From assembly GCF_003918875.1 (NCBI RefSeq), contig NW_025767635.1, forward strand, positions 62,001 through 126,000: a DNA stretch of 64,000 nt. Reading direction: 5' to 3'. Positions within the stretch are counted from its first letter, which is position 1, and each line of letters opens with the position of its first letter. Below, in pieces: positions 36,697 through 50,727 of this stretch. Below the pieces are notes generated by a model. The model was not told the origin of the DNA. It saw only the letters and a program-made list of their open reading frames with translations, and made no database searches. Origin of the DNA: Haliotis rubra (Eukaryota). The position numbers and the translations under genes are program-made.

Positions 36697-37930
36697 GCTG
36701 CTGCCATGTCCATGCTACAGGTGTACTCGCTGTCATGTCCATGCTACAGGTGTACTCCTGTCATGTCCATGCTACAGGTGTACTGCTGCCCTGTCCATGC
36801 TACAGGTGTACTCCTGTCATGTCCATGCTACAGGTGTACTGCTGCCCTGTCCATGCTACAGGTGTACTGCTGCCCTGTCCATGCTACAGGTGTACTGCTG
36901 CCCTGTCCATGCTACAGGTGTACTGCTGCCATATCCATGCTACAGGTGTACTGCTGCCCTGTCCATGCTACAGGTGTACTGCTGCCCTGTCCATGCTACA
37001 GGGTGTACTGCTGCCCTGTCCATGCTACAGGTGTACTACTGCCATGTCCATGCTACAGGTGTACTGCTGCCCTGTCCATGCTACAGGTGTACTACTGCCA
37101 TGTCCATGCTACAGGTGTACTGCTGCCTGTCCATGCTACAGGTGTACCTGCTGCCATGTCCATGCTACAGGTGTACTGCTGCCATGTCCATGCTACAGGT
37201 GTACTGCTGCCATGTCCATGCTACAGGTGTGCTGCTGCCATGTCCATGCTACAGGTGTACTGCTGCCATGTCCATGCTACAGGTGTACTGCTGCCATGTC
37301 CATGCTACAGGTGTACTGCTGCCATGTCCATGCTACAGGTGTACTGCTGCCATGTCCACGCTAAGGTGTACTGCTGCCATGTCCATGTTACAGGTGTACT
37401 GCTGCCATGTCCATGCTACAGGTGTACTGCTGCCATGTCCATGTTACAGGTGTACTGCTGCCGTGTTCATGCTACAGGTGTACTCCTGCCCTATCCATGC
37501 TAAGATGTACAGCTGCCCTGTCCATGTTACAGGTGTACTGCTGCCCTGTCCATGTTACAGGTGTACTACTGCCATGTCCTTGCTATAGGTGTACTGCTGA
37601 CATGTCCATGCTACAGGTGTACTGCTGTCATGTCCATGCTACAGGTGTGTTGCTGACATGTCCATGCTACAGGTGTACTGCTGTCATGTCCATGCTACAG
37701 GTGTACTGCTGCCCTGTCCATGCTACAGGTGTACTGCTGCCCTGTCCATGCTACAGGTGTACTGCTGCCATGTCCATGCTACAGGTGTATTGCTGACATG
37801 TCCATGCTACAGGTGTACTGCTGCCCTGTCCATGCTACAGGTGTACTACTGCCACATCCATGGTAAAGTGTACTGCTGTCATGTCCATGCTACAGGTGTA
37901 CTGCTGACATGTTCATGCTACAGCTGTACT
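36697..37930. repeat. 28-bp minisatellite (TGCCATGTCCATGCTACAGGTGTACTGC)n
   Basis: Direct tandem units; explains the Cys-rich ORFs in all three frames. Confidence 0.97.
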
Positions 37931-38268
37931 ACTCAGATGTTTCCTGTGCAGTAGCAATTGAGGTATTCTGCAGCTTTTGGTGGATGCGTCAGTGAATGGC
38001 TGAAAACTATGCCTCATTAGCTGTTAGAAGGCCTCATATTACATTCTGGTACATCGTCAGTTATGTACATTGTCTACATTGTCTCAGTAGGTGTTGATGT
38101 GACATAATAGCTTCGCTATGTTGGTTCCTTCTCACTATTACGTGATCAAAGATGTGGTTTGACTTAATGTTTTCTTGATGGCATAGTCCCACGTGTGTTT
38201 TTATGTTGATATTGGCTGCACAAGCAGTGAAGTTGTAAGAGATATTTCCTTTGGTGAGGCTGGAAACA

Positions 38269-39008
38269 TTTATTATCCCCCGCTGCATGTTTAGCACGAA
38301 GCTGGGGATATAGTATTAGGTTACTTATGTACGTACGTACGTCTGTCCGTACGTATGAATTGGAATATCTTAAGAACAGTTTGCTAGATTCTTTTCATAT
38401 TTGGTACCTAGGTTCATCACAGTATAAAAAAGGTCCAAGTCCGGTTTGGTGACCTTGACCTTCATTTCAAGGTCACATAGGGACTTTAACGTTTTACCTG
38501 CATGTTAAGCTATCTCAAGAACCGTGAACTGGATTTTCTTCATATTTGAAATCAAGCTTTGTCTAGGGAAGGCGCAGGGCCCAGTCAATTTTGGTGACCT
38601 TCACTTAATGTTCAAGGTCACAAAGACACTTTGAAGATTTCAGCATATTAACCTGCATGTTAGGCTTGTCAGCGAGATACCTCAAGAACCATTCACTGGA
38701 GTTTCTTCATATTTGACACCGAGCTTCATCCAGGAAAGGGGCAGGGTCCAGTCGATTTTGGTGACCTTCACTTAATTTTTACGGTCACAGAAACACTTGG
38801 AAGATTTCAGCATGTTAAATTGCATGTTAAGATAGTCAGCAAGATATTGCAAAAAATATTATCTAGACTTTCTTCATATGTGACACCAAGCTTCATCTAG
38901 GGAAGTCTCAGGGCCCAGTCAATTTTGGTGACCTTCAAATAATTTTCAGGGTCACGATGACACTTTGAAGATTTCAGCATGTTAACCTGAATTGTCAGCA
39001 AGATCTTT
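38269..39008 (+). mobile_element. 3'-truncated HINE with ~167-bp core repeats
   Basis: TTTATTATCCCCCGCT...GCTGGGGATAT 5' inverted motif; (GTAC/GTCC) microsatellite; GGTGACCTT...AAGGTCAC palindromic cores at 38448, 38593, 38760 and 38927. Confidence 0.8.
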
Positions 39009-39545
39009 CAGACATGCTCTCTCCACCCAGTACACTCCACTACAGACAGACATGCACTCTCCACCCCGGACGCTCCACTACAGACAGACATGCACTCTCC
39101 ACCCCGTGACGCTCCACTAGAGACAGACATGCACTCTCCCACCCCATGACGCTTCCACTACAGACAGACATGCACTCTCCACCCCGTACACTCCACTACA
39201 GACAGACATGCACTCTCCACCCAGTACACTCCACTACAGACAGACATGCACTCTCCACCAAGTACACTCCACTACAGACAGACATGCACTCTCCACCCAG
39301 TACACTCCACTACAGACAGACATGCACGCTCCACTCCAGTATACTCCACGACAGACAGACATGCACTGTCCTCCCAGTACGCTCCACTACAGACAGACAT
39401 GCACTCTCCACCCAGTACACTCCACTACAGACAGACATGCACTCTCCTCCCAGTACACTTCTCTACAGAGGGACAAGCAACCACCTTCCACTACAGACAG
39501 ACAGGTAAGCACCTTCCATCCAGTAGGCTCCACTACAGACAAGCA
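39009..39545. repeat. 38-bp minisatellite (CAGACAGACATGCACTCTCCACCCAGTACACTCCACTA)n
   Basis: Direct tandem units, degenerating at the right end. Confidence 0.95.
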
Positions 39546-40157
39546 CTACAGTAATGTGAATCAAGACAGACAAAAGAATGATTTTTTGTCATAAGTATGT
39601 CATGTCAAATTACCTATAGTAAGACAAATATCAGTTACAGTAGAATAAATCATGAGTACAATGTTGTGATCCCCTATACTCTCCCCAGACTAATCTGCCC
39701 ACCATGCGTTACAATGGTCAGAAGCCTAACTCTACTTGAGGAGAACGTGTAAATTGTGCTTAACCATATGTCAGTTATTGCGTACTGGCGCTGACTCAAT
39801 AGTGTTGTACCTGCAGTCAGACATGATAACTGTGCCTCTGATCTTTGGGGAATCAAGTTGTGATCATGACTGCGAGAGGTAAATACTCTCTGGGCTCCTC
39901 AAATGAGAATCAGTTGTAGGCAGAAATGGCATCAGTGAACGTTTATTGACATTTTGGTGGCAACAGGTTGCCTTGTTAAAGGTTAGTGAAGCACCTTACA
40001 TCGATTCAGTCCTGTAGCAGGGGCTCCATTTCTGGCCACTCATGCTGCTGAAATATGTTGTATGTGGCTTGAAGGAGACAATTCCAGATATACAGAGCAT
40101 TGCTATCTCAGACACCCAATGCCCCCCTCACCCGAATGAATGTTTTGGCTACTCTGA

Positions 40158-41280
40158 ACATTCCCATTCAATGACATTTGATATGGCACATCAATCATCA
40201 CCACCCATACATGCCCATTCAATGACATATGATATGGCACATCAATCACCACCACCCATACATACCCATTCAATGACATTTGATATGGCACATCAATCAT
40301 CACCACACATACATTCCCATTCAATGACATGATATGGCACATCAATCATCACCACCCATACCTTCCCATTCAATGACATATGATATGGCACATCAATCAT
40401 CACCACCCATACATGCCCATTCAATGACATATGATATGGCACATCAATCACCACCACCCATACATTCCCATTCAATGACATTTGATATGGCACATCAATC
40501 ATCACCACCCATACATTCCCATTCAATGACATTTGATATGGCACATCAATCATCACCACCCATACATTCCCATTCAATGACATATGATATGGCACATCAA
40601 TCATCACCACCCATACCTTCCCATTCAATGACATATGATATGGCACATCAATCATCACCACCCATACATGCCCATTCAATGACATTTGATATGGCACATC
40701 AATCATCACCACCCATACATGCCCATTCAATGACATTTGACATGACACATCAATCATCACCACCCATACATGCCCGTTCAATGACATTTGATATGGCACA
40801 TCAATTATCACCACCCATACATGCCCATTCAATGGCATTTGATATGGCACATCTATCATCACCACCCATACATGCCCATTCAATGACATTTGGTATGGCA
40901 CATCAATCATCACCACCCATACATACCCATTCAGTGACATTTGATATGGCACATCAATTATCACCACCCATACATGCCCATTCAATGGCATTTGATATGG
41001 CACATCAATCATCACCACCCATACATGCCCATTCAATGACATTTGATATGGCACATCAATCATCACCACCCATACATACCCATTCAGTGACATTTGATAT
41101 GGCACATCAATCATCACCACCCATACCTTCCCATTCAATGACATATGATATGGCACATCAATCATCACCACCCATACATACCCATTCAATGACATTTGAT
41201 ATGGCACATCAATCATCACCACCCATACATACCCATTCAATGACATTTGATATGGCACATCAATCATCACCACCCATACC
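40158..41280. repeat. 51-bp minisatellite
   Basis: CCCATTCAATGACATTTGATATGGCACATCAATCATCACCACCCATACATG units; gives 17-aa periodic ORFs on both strands. Confidence 0.97.
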
Positions 41281-41707
41281 TACGCAACAGTTGGTCTGAA
41301 ACCCCAGCGACATTGGGAGTAGCTACACTACACTCCTCTAAGACTTACACTGGCAAGATAGGTCTCTTTGAACTACCATAGTATGTCAGTGTTTATTACA
41401 CTGCATCCAAATACATTTACCTCAAGTACAAGACATCAAAATGTCTGACCCCACTCATGACAAGAGAGATAGCAGAGTACTCCTTGAAAGGTGATTTTGT
41501 TTAAGTATGTGTCAAGCAGTTACTGAAGTATACACAAAGACTGCTGTAGACTGTTGCTGTAACACATGAATCAAACTGCTACTACAGGAGTGCATTTCTT
41601 CAGTCTTCATTCCAGTATGGTTGATAGCACTGAGTTCAATGTTAAAAGATGCTAATGTCCAGAAAGAATGCTATTGTGTGTGTTGGTGCCTGGAACTATG
41701 GTATAAG

Positions 41708-42052
41708 GACATGGTACAGACGTGGTGTACTGCCATGGTACAAATAGGACACTGACATGGTACAGATGTGGTGCACTGACATGGTACAAATAAGGTACTG
41801 CCATGGTACAAATAGGACACTGACATGGTACAGATGTGGTGCACTGACATGGTACAAATAAGGTACTGCCATGGTACAAATAGGACACTGACATGGTACA
41901 GATGTGGTGCACTGACATGGTACAAATAAGGTACTGCCATGGTACAAATAGGACACTGACATGGTACAAATAGGACACTGACATGGTACAAATAAGGTAC
42001 TGCCATGGTACAACTAGGGTACTGACATGGTACAAATAGGGTACTGCCATGT
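41708..42052. repeat. 68-bp higher-order repeat of three ~22-24-bp CATGGTACA subunits
   Basis: GACATGGTACAGATG recurs at 41754, 41822 and 41890. Confidence 0.9.
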
Positions 42053-42093
42053 GGAACACACGTGTGATACTGACGTGGTGCACAAACATAGTT

Positions 42094-42754
42094 GAGATGC
42101 ATTGTATACACACTTATACATGAGATGCATTGTACACACACTAATACATGAGATGCATTGTACACACACTAATACATGAGATGCATTGTACACACACTAA
42201 TACATGAGATGCATTGTACACACACATTGTACACACACTAATACATGAGATGCATTGTACACACACTAATACATGAGATGCATTGTACACACACTAATAC
42301 ATGAGATGCATTGTACACACACTAATACATGAGATTCATTGGTACACACACTAATACATGAGATGCATTGTACACACACTAATACATGAGATGCATTGTA
42401 CACACACTAATACATGAGATGCATTGTATACACACACTAATACATGAGATGCATTGTACACACACTAATACATGAGATGCATTGTACACACACTAATACA
42501 TGAGATGCATTGTATACACACACTAATACATGAGATTCATTGAACACACACTAATACATGAGATGCATTGTACACACACTAATACTTGAGATGCATTGTA
42601 CACACACTAATACATGAGATGCATTGTATACACACACTAATACATGAGATGCATTGTACACACACTAATACATGAGATGCATTGTACACACACTAATACA
42701 TGAGATGCATTGTACACACTAATACATGAGATGCATTGTACACACACTAATACA
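42094..42754. repeat. 28-bp minisatellite (GAGATGCATTGTACACACACTAATACAT)n
   Basis: Direct tandem units. Confidence 0.96.
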
Positions 42755-42985
42755 GGGACAAATCGTAATACATGGCATGAAAGTTAGCCAGTTGTCCATA
42801 TCAAATTGTCACTATTATTTCAGACATTGGCATGAAGAAGAAGAAAAGTTGCTTTACAAACTATCAGGTAAATGTCAAGGCAAATGGACTTAAGTAAATA
42901 TATAGAGACAGTCACATGATGCATGGTATAGACATTTGAACATGTGAAACAGGGATACAGAGGATAGGATGACAGAGAGGAACAC

Positions 42986-44662
42986 GGCAGCTTCACAGAG
43001 GATACATAAGGCAGCTTCACAGAGGATACATACGGCAGCTTCACAGAGGATACATAGGGCAGCTTCACAGAGGATACAGAAGGCAGCTTCACAGAGGATA
43101 CAGAGGGCAGCTTCACAGAGGATAGAGAGGGCAGCTTCACAGAGGATACAGAGGGCAGCTTCACAGAGGATAGAGAGGACAGCTTCACAGGATAGAGAGG
43201 GCAGCTTCACAGAGGATAGAGAGGGCAGCTTCACAGAGGATACATACGACAGCTTCACAGAGGATAGAGAGGGCAGCTTCACAGAGGATACATACGACAG
43301 CTTCACAGAGGATAGAGAGGGCAGCTTCACAGAGGATACATACGACAGCTTCACAGAGGATAGAGAGGGCAGCTTCACAGAGGATACAGAGGGCAGCTTC
43401 ACAGAGGATAGAGAAGGCAGCTTCACAGAGGATACAGAGGACAACTTCACAGAGGATACAGAGGACAACTTCACAGAGGATACATAACGTGCAGCTTCAC
43501 AGAGGATACAGAGTGCAGCTTCACAGAGGATAGAGAGGGCAGCTTCACAGAGGATACAGAGTGCAACTTCAAAGAGGATACAGAGGACAACTTCACAAGA
43601 GGATACAGAGGACAGCTTCACAGAGGATAGAGAAGGCAGCTTCACAGAGGATAGAGAGGACAACTTCACAGAGGATACAGAGGACAACTTCACAGAGGAT
43701 ACAGAGTGCAGCTTCACAGAGGATACAGAGAGCAACTTCACAGAGGATACAGAGGGCAACTTCACAGAGGATACAGAGGGCAGCTTCACAGAGGATACAG
43801 AGGGCAGCTTCACAGAGGATAGAGAGGGCAGCTTCACAGAGGATACAGACGGCAGCTTCACAGAGGATAGAGAGGACAGCTTCACAGAGGATACATACGG
43901 CAGCTTCACAGAGGATAGAGAGGGCAGCTTCACAGGATAGAGAGGGCAGCTTCACAGAGGATACATACGGCAGCTTCACAGAGGATAGAGAGGGCAGCTT
44001 CACAGAGGATACAGAGGACAACTTCACAGAGGATACAGAGGGCTGCTTAACAGGGGATACAAGGGGCAGCTTCACAGAGGATACATACGGCAGCTTCACA
44101 GAGGATAGAGAGGACAGCTTCACAGAGGATAGAGAGGGCAGCTTCATAGGATAGATAGGGCAGCTTCACAGGATAGATAGGGCAGCTTCATAGGATAGAG
44201 AGGGCAGCTTCACAGAGGATACAGACTGCAGCTTCACAGAGGATACAGAAGGCACATCACAGTGGATACAGACTACAGCTTTACAGAGGATACAGACTGC
44301 GGCTTCACAGAGGATTCAGACTGCAGCTTCACAGAGGATGCAGAGAGCAACTTCACAGAGGATACAGAGGGCAGCTTCACAGAGGATACAGAGGGCAGCT
44401 TCACAGGGGATACAGAAGGCAGCTTCACAGAGGATACAGAGGGCAGCTTAACAGGGGATACAAGGGGCAGCTTCACCCAGGATACTGACTTCGGCTTCAC
44501 AGAGGATAGAGACTGTGGCTTCAGAGAGGATACAGACTGCAGCTTCACAAAGGATACAGACTGCGGCTTCACAGATGATACAGAGGGCAGCTTCCAGAGG
44601 ATTGAGACTGCAGCTTCACAGAGAATATAGATGACAGTGGCTACAAATGGCAGCTTCACAGA
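42986..44662. repeat. 24-bp purine-rich minisatellite (GCAGCTTCACAGAGGATACAGAGG)n
   Basis: Direct tandem units; gives 8-aa periodic ORFs. Confidence 0.97.
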
Positions 44663-44746
44663 GTCTGGTTGATGGCAAATGCTGTCAGTCACGGTACTAT
44701 TTAGAGACTGCTGTCATATATGTTGCATTGTACAACAAACGGACAG

Positions 44747-45885
44747 TGACATTCATGTTCTTGTCTCATTGTGATGTGCCAGGTTACTATGAGTAACAAA
44801 GTTGTCATTCATCTTCTTGTCTCATTGTGATGTGCCTGGTTACTATCGGTAACAAAGTTGTCATTCATCTTCTTGTCTCATTGTGATGTGCCTGGTTACT
44901 ATTGGTAACAAAGTTGTCATTCATCTTCTTGTCTCACTGTGATGTGCCTGGTTACTATTGGTAACAAAGTTGTCATTCATCTTCTTGTCTCATTGTGATG
45001 TGCCTGGTTACTATCAGTAACAAAGTTGTCATTCATCTTCTTGTCTCATTGTGATGTGCCTGGTTACTATTGGTAACAAAATTGTCATTCATCTTCTTGT
45101 CTCACTGTGATGTGCCTGGTTACTATTGGTAACAAAGTTGTCATTCATCTTCTTGTCTCATTGTGATGTGCCTGGTTACTATCGGTAACAAAGTTGTCAT
45201 TCATCTTCTTGTCTCATTTGATGTGCCTGGTTACTATGAGTAACATGTGCCTGGTTTGTCATTCATCTTCTTGTCTCATTGTGATGTGCCTGGTTACTAT
45301 CGGTAACAAAGTTGTCATTCATCTTCTTGTCTCATTGTGATGTGCCTGGTTACTATCAGTAACAAAGTTGTCATTCATCTTCTTGTCTCATTGTGATGTG
45401 CCTGGTTACTATTGGTAACAAAGTTGTCATTCAACTTCTTGTCTCATTGTGATGTACCTGGTTACTATCGGTAACAAAGTTGTCATTCATGTTCTTGTCT
45501 CGTTGTGATGTGCCAGGTTACTATGAGTAACAAAGTTGTCATTCATCTTCTTGTCGTATTGTGATGTGCCTGGTTACTATGAGTAACAAAGTTGTCATTC
45601 ATCTTCTTGTCTCATTGTGATGTGCCTGGTTACTATGAGTAACAAAATTGTCATTCATCTTCTTGTCTCATTGTGATGTGCCTGGTTACTATTGGTAACA
45701 AAGTTGTCATTCATCTTCTTGTCTCATTGTGTGATGTGCCTGGTTACTATCGGTAACAAAGTTGTCATTCATCTTCTTGTCTCATTGTGTGATGTGCCTG
45801 GTTACTATCGGTAACAAAGTTGTCATTCATGTTCTTGTCTCATTGTGATGTGCCTGGTTACTATCGGTAACAAAGCTGCCATTCA
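44747..45885. repeat. 56-bp minisatellite
   Basis: GTCATTCATCTTCTTGTCTCATTGTGATGTGCCTGGTTACTATTGGTAACAAAGTT units with a GTTAC-N5-GTAAC mini-hairpin. Confidence 0.97.
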
Positions 45886-46091
45886 CTGTTGCCTGCATAT
45901 TGCTATGAAGATTGTTTCTTGTGTAGTGTCAAGGTGAAACAATAAGTTCACCCAGAAATCATTAGCAAATGTCAACTACCAAAGAAATGATATACAATAA
46001 ACAACTGTGTCATAAAACTATGTACAAATCAATGCAGTTTACTGCTAAGGAATCATGTTGGTAGTAAGAAATAGAGTAGAAGTACTAATTC

Positions 46092-47793
46092 ATTGGCAGT
46101 ACAGTTACATTGGCAGTACAGTTATATTGGTAGTACAGTAAGATTGGCAGTACAGTTACTTTGTCAGTACAGTTACATTGGCAGTACAGTTACATTGGCT
46201 GTACAGTAACATTGACAGTACAGTTACATTGGCAGTACAGTAACATTGACAAGTACAGTTACATTGGCAGCACAGTTACATTGGTAGTACAGTAACATTG
46301 GCAGTACAGTTACATTGGCAGTACAGTAACATTGACAGTACAGTTACATTGGCAGTACAGTAACATTGACAGTACAGTTACATTGGCAGCACAGTTACAT
46401 TGGTAGTACAGTAACATTGGCAGTACAGTTACATTGGTAGTACAGTAACATTGGCAGTACAGTTACATTGGCAGTACAGTAACATTGACAGTACAGTTAC
46501 ATTGGCAGTCTAGTAACATTGGCAGTACAGTAACATTGGCAGTACAGTAACATTGGCAGCACAGTTACATTGGTAGTACAGTAACATTGACAGTACAGTT
46601 ACATTGGTAGTACAGTAACATTGGCAGTACAGTTACATTGGCAGTACAGTAACATTGACAGTACAGTTACATTGGCAGCACAGTTACTTTGTCAGTACAG
46701 TTACATTGGCAGTACAGTAACATTGACAGTACAGTTACATTGGCAGCACAGTTACTTTGTCAGTACAGTTACATTGGCAGTACAGTAACATTGGCAGTAC
46801 GGTTACATTGGCAGTACAGTAACATTGACAGTACAGTAACATTGGCAGTACAGTTACATTGGTAATACAGTAACATTGGCAGTACAGTTACATTGGCAGT
46901 ACAGTACAGTTACATTGGTAGTACAGTAACATTGACAGTACAGTTACATTGGCAGTACAGTAACATTAGCAGTCTAGTAACATTGGCAGTACAGTAACAT
47001 TGGCAGCACAGTTACATTGGTAGTACAGTAACATTGGCAGTACAGTAACATTGGCAGTACAGTTACATTGGCAGCACAGTTACTTTGTCAGTACAGTTAC
47101 ATTGGCAGTACAGTAACATTGGCAGTACGGTTACATTGGCAGTACAGTAACATTGACAGTACAGTAACATTGGCAGTACAGTTACATTGGTAATACAGTA
47201 ACATTGGCAGTCTAGTTACATTGGCAGCACAGTTACTTTGTCAGTACAGTTACATTGGCAGTACAGTAACATTGGCAGTACGGTTACATTGGCAGTACAG
47301 TAACATTGACAGTACAGTAACATTGGCAGTACAGTTACATTGGTAATACAGTAACATTGGCAGTACAGTTACATTGGTAGTACAGTAACATTGGCAGTAC
47401 AGTTACATTGGCAGTACAGTAACATTGGCAGTACAGTAACATTGGCAGTCTAGTAACATTGGCAGTACAGTAACATTGGCAGCACAGTTACATTGGCAGT
47501 ACAGTAACATTGGCAGTACAGTTACATTGGCAGTACAGTAACATTGGCAGTACAGTAACATTGGCAGTCTAGTTACATTGGCAGTACAGTTACATTGGTA
47601 GTACAGTAACATTGGCAGTACAGTTACATTGGCAGTACAGTAACATTGGCAGTACAGTTACATTGGCAGTGCAGTTACATTGGCAGTACAGTTACATTGG
47701 CAGTACAGTAACATTGGCAGCAGTACAGTAACATTGGCAGTACAGTTACATTGGTAGTACAGTAACATTGGCAGTCTAGTTACATTCGCAGTA
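46092..47793. repeat. 17-bp minisatellite (CATTGGCAGTACAGTWA)n
   Basis: About 100 direct tandem units with patterned variants. Confidence 0.97.
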
Positions 47794-48213
47794 TTAAATA
47801 TAATGGCAGAGCTACTCTTAAATAAAGTCAGTGATAATGTTATTCAGCTGGCAGCAACGGTGGTCACTCGCGCCTCCAACAAAGCTGAACAAGTTTGAAA
47901 GTATAAACTTTACATGTCTGCTGGTCTTGAGATAGTAGAGGCATGCCTTTTTCCCCCTTGTGTAGTTTTAAAAATCTGCCTGACATTTCTTACCTGTGCA
48001 GGATTAGACTGGATGTTGTAGAAGATTCCAGACTATCCTTGACCCCAAAGTCATCTATAAAGAGTAACTGCACACCATTGCACGGTACAGCCCTCCACTG
48101 CATCTCAACAGAAACAATTACTGCATTGTTTGACAGTGTGTAATATTTTTCAGTGCTCTATAAAATGAATATGTATGATGATGATGAATAATGCATTATT
48201 GATGGTGTTTCAG

Positions 48214-48312
48214 GAGGGGACAACTCCACTAATACTAGCTGCAGCCAACAACCACCTGGAGTGTGTGAGGGAGCTGCTCCGACAGGGCGCTGACTCAGCA
48301 GCCAGGAGACTG
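48214..48312 (+). CDS. ANKRD29: Ankyrin repeat domain protein 29-like, internal coding exon (99 bp, phase 0)
   Basis: tttcag|EGTTPLILAAANNHLECVRELLRQGADSAARRL|gtgaga; one ankyrin repeat; matches the GTT.L..AA...H..CVREL..QGAD repeat of ANKRD29 as I recall it. Confidence 0.85.
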
Positions 48313-49435
48313 GTGAGAAAGATGCACCGACCTGCTGAACATGAATACAGGGACACTGATCTAGAGCTGTTCCAAGGGATTGGTTGTTGCTTTTAATATT
48401 GTTTGTTTTCCTGTGGAAACCTAGATGATATCTCAGAATACTTGACTATTTCACGACCTCTGTGGTGGAACCTGTAAGTGCATAGTATGAGGGGATATGC
48501 TCACACTGATCAACATTGAAAAACAGTTTGGTCTTGGAATTAATTGAGAAGTGCAAGCATCTTTGCGACCCCTTAATAATTCAGGCATTTTACAAACTAC
48601 CTGGAAATTATGTGCATAAAGATTATTGTGATAGCAGTTTAAAACATTGTGGAGTTAGATTTCATATTCAAGTGACCTTAAAGTGTGAGTATTAGAAGAA
48701 AAAGAAAGTGAATGTACCGGGTACCTCTAACTTTCTTTGGCTTATAGTCTTAGCTTAATTAATCTATTACTTTGGGGATTTTTGCACTTTGGAGCTCTGT
48801 AAAAAAATTAAGTTGATCTGTTATGTGAATGTATATAATAATAATCGTAAAAGTTCTTGCTCCTTAGCTGTTGTTTGGTCCACGATGCATGTTACTAATC
48901 GCAACCCATTTCTCAGTCATAAAAATGTCATAGTAACTGCTGAACTGCAGTTGTTAAAGGTTTTGAACAAACAAACTTTTAAGCAGCTTGGAGAACCTAT
49001 ACAGTTTCGCATGATCTCAGCATGAGGCAGCCCAATCTTATGATTTTGAAACTCACAAGGTTTGCCATTTGCACTAAAGTTCCTTGGAATGCCCTGCCTC
49101 TCTACATTAAAAGCCATTAATTTCTGTTTTGACTCTAATCACACACAAAAAAATTATCAGCAAGTGTCCTCCTCACCAGCATATTTAATACTTGTGAGTA
49201 AAACCCTCAGCAGGCGAGAAGAGAAGAGCTCATGCAAACATAATTCCAAATGCAACAGTTGCAAAACATTATCAAATAGTTTGTACAGCTTGTTAAGGTT
49301 TACGATGAAATCTGCTGACTCTTCTTCAAGTAATAGGTTGTCAGCCAAGAAATTTTTATTACTATCTTTTAGGGTTGAGATATGTTGAACCTGGTACTCA
49401 GGTACCTATTTAAGAGTTTTTAAGAGTTGATGTAG

Positions 49436-50245
49436 TCAGGACAGATATGGATGTTGGCATAGCTCTTTGGACCATAAGCAGAAGATACTGGAGGACCTGT
49501 AATCAGGACAGATATGGATGTTGGCACAGCTCTTTGGACCATAACCAGAAGATGCTGTAGGACCTGTAATCAGGACAGATATGGATGTTGGCACAGCTCT
49601 TTGGACCATAACCAGAAGATACTGGAGGACCTGTAATCAGGACAGATATGGATGTTGGCACTGGAGGACCTGTAATCAGGACAGATATGGATGTTGGCAC
49701 AGCTCTTTGGACCATAACCAGAAGATACTGGAGGACCTGTAATCAGGACAGATATGGATGAGCACAGTTGGACCACAGACCTGTAATCAGGACAGATATG
49801 GATGTTGGCACAGCTCTTTGGACCATAACCAGAAGATACTGGAGCACCTGTAATCAGGACAGATATGGATGTTGGCACAGCTCTTTGGACCATAACCAGA
49901 AGATACTGGAGGACCTGTAATCAGGACAGATATGGATGTTGGCACAGCTCTTTGGACCATAACCAGAAGATACTGGAGGACCTGTAATCAGGACAGATAT
50001 GGATGTTGGCACAGCTCTTTGGACCATAACCAGAAGATACTGGAGGACCTGTAATCAGGACAGATATGGATGTTGGCACAGCTCTTTGGACCATAACCAG
50101 AAGATACTGGAGGACCCAGCTCTTTGCACAATTATCCTGAAGATGCTATAGGACCTGTTGTCTGCATACATGGATGTTGGCATAGCTCTTTGGACCATAT
50201 CCTGAAGATGCTGTATTACCTGTAGTGAGAGCACATATGGATGTC
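49436..50245. repeat. 67-bp intronic minisatellite
   Basis: CAGGACAGATATGGATGTTGGCACAGCTCTTTGGACCATAACCAGAAGATACTGGAGGACCTGTAAT units. Confidence 0.96.
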
Positions 50246-50601
50246 TATTACATCAGAAATAATCCATCACCAAGTGGTGTATTCCTGGCCTTGTTTTTGT
50301 ATAGCTGATCCGTTTTGATACTGCCCATTTGATCAGTGACTCTGTCATGTAATGGAGGTAATGTATTCAAAGGAATTAATCACAGTAACAACTGTTTGAT
50401 TTCACAAAAGCACAGAAACATAAATAATGAGATTAAAGTCTAAGCTGAACATTGGAATGACCAATATTTTTGACTACTTAGAATATGAGTGAAGGAAAGC
50501 ACTGCCACATAATTTTCATGTCCTCTCTCATATCTGCTGCACTGTGATACTCAGATGGCAGTTTGCTGGGACTTGTCCCTGAACCTCTGTCTCTGTTCCA
50601 G

Positions 50602-50700
50602 ACTGGGACTTGTGCTCTGTTCTTTGCAAGCCAGGGAGGCTTTGTGGACATTGTGAGGCTCCTGCTGGAGCAGGGTGCGCAGGTCGACCTTCCTAGCTAT
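50602..50700 (+). CDS. ANKRD29: ANKRD29-like internal coding exon (99 bp, phase 0), absent from the ORF track
   Basis: ctctgttccag|TGTCALFFASQGGFVDIVRLLLEQGAQVDLPSY|gtgagt; in frame with the flanking exons. Confidence 0.88.
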
Positions 50701-50727
50701 GTGAGTGAAAGTTTGTGCCTTTGATAG

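Noticed and set aside
36642-37954. Cys-rich keratin-associated or metallothionein-like ORFs
   Set aside because: The 28-bp unit is not a multiple of 3, so the same peptide cycles through all frames.
40293-44692. Long periodic ORFs on both strands
   Set aside because: Products of 51-, 68- and 24-bp arrays; open on both strands with no domain.
48780-49400. Possible decayed minus-strand coding remnant in an intron (ORF 49157-49348)
   Set aside because: Multiple stops and no motif I can recognise; needs a translated search.
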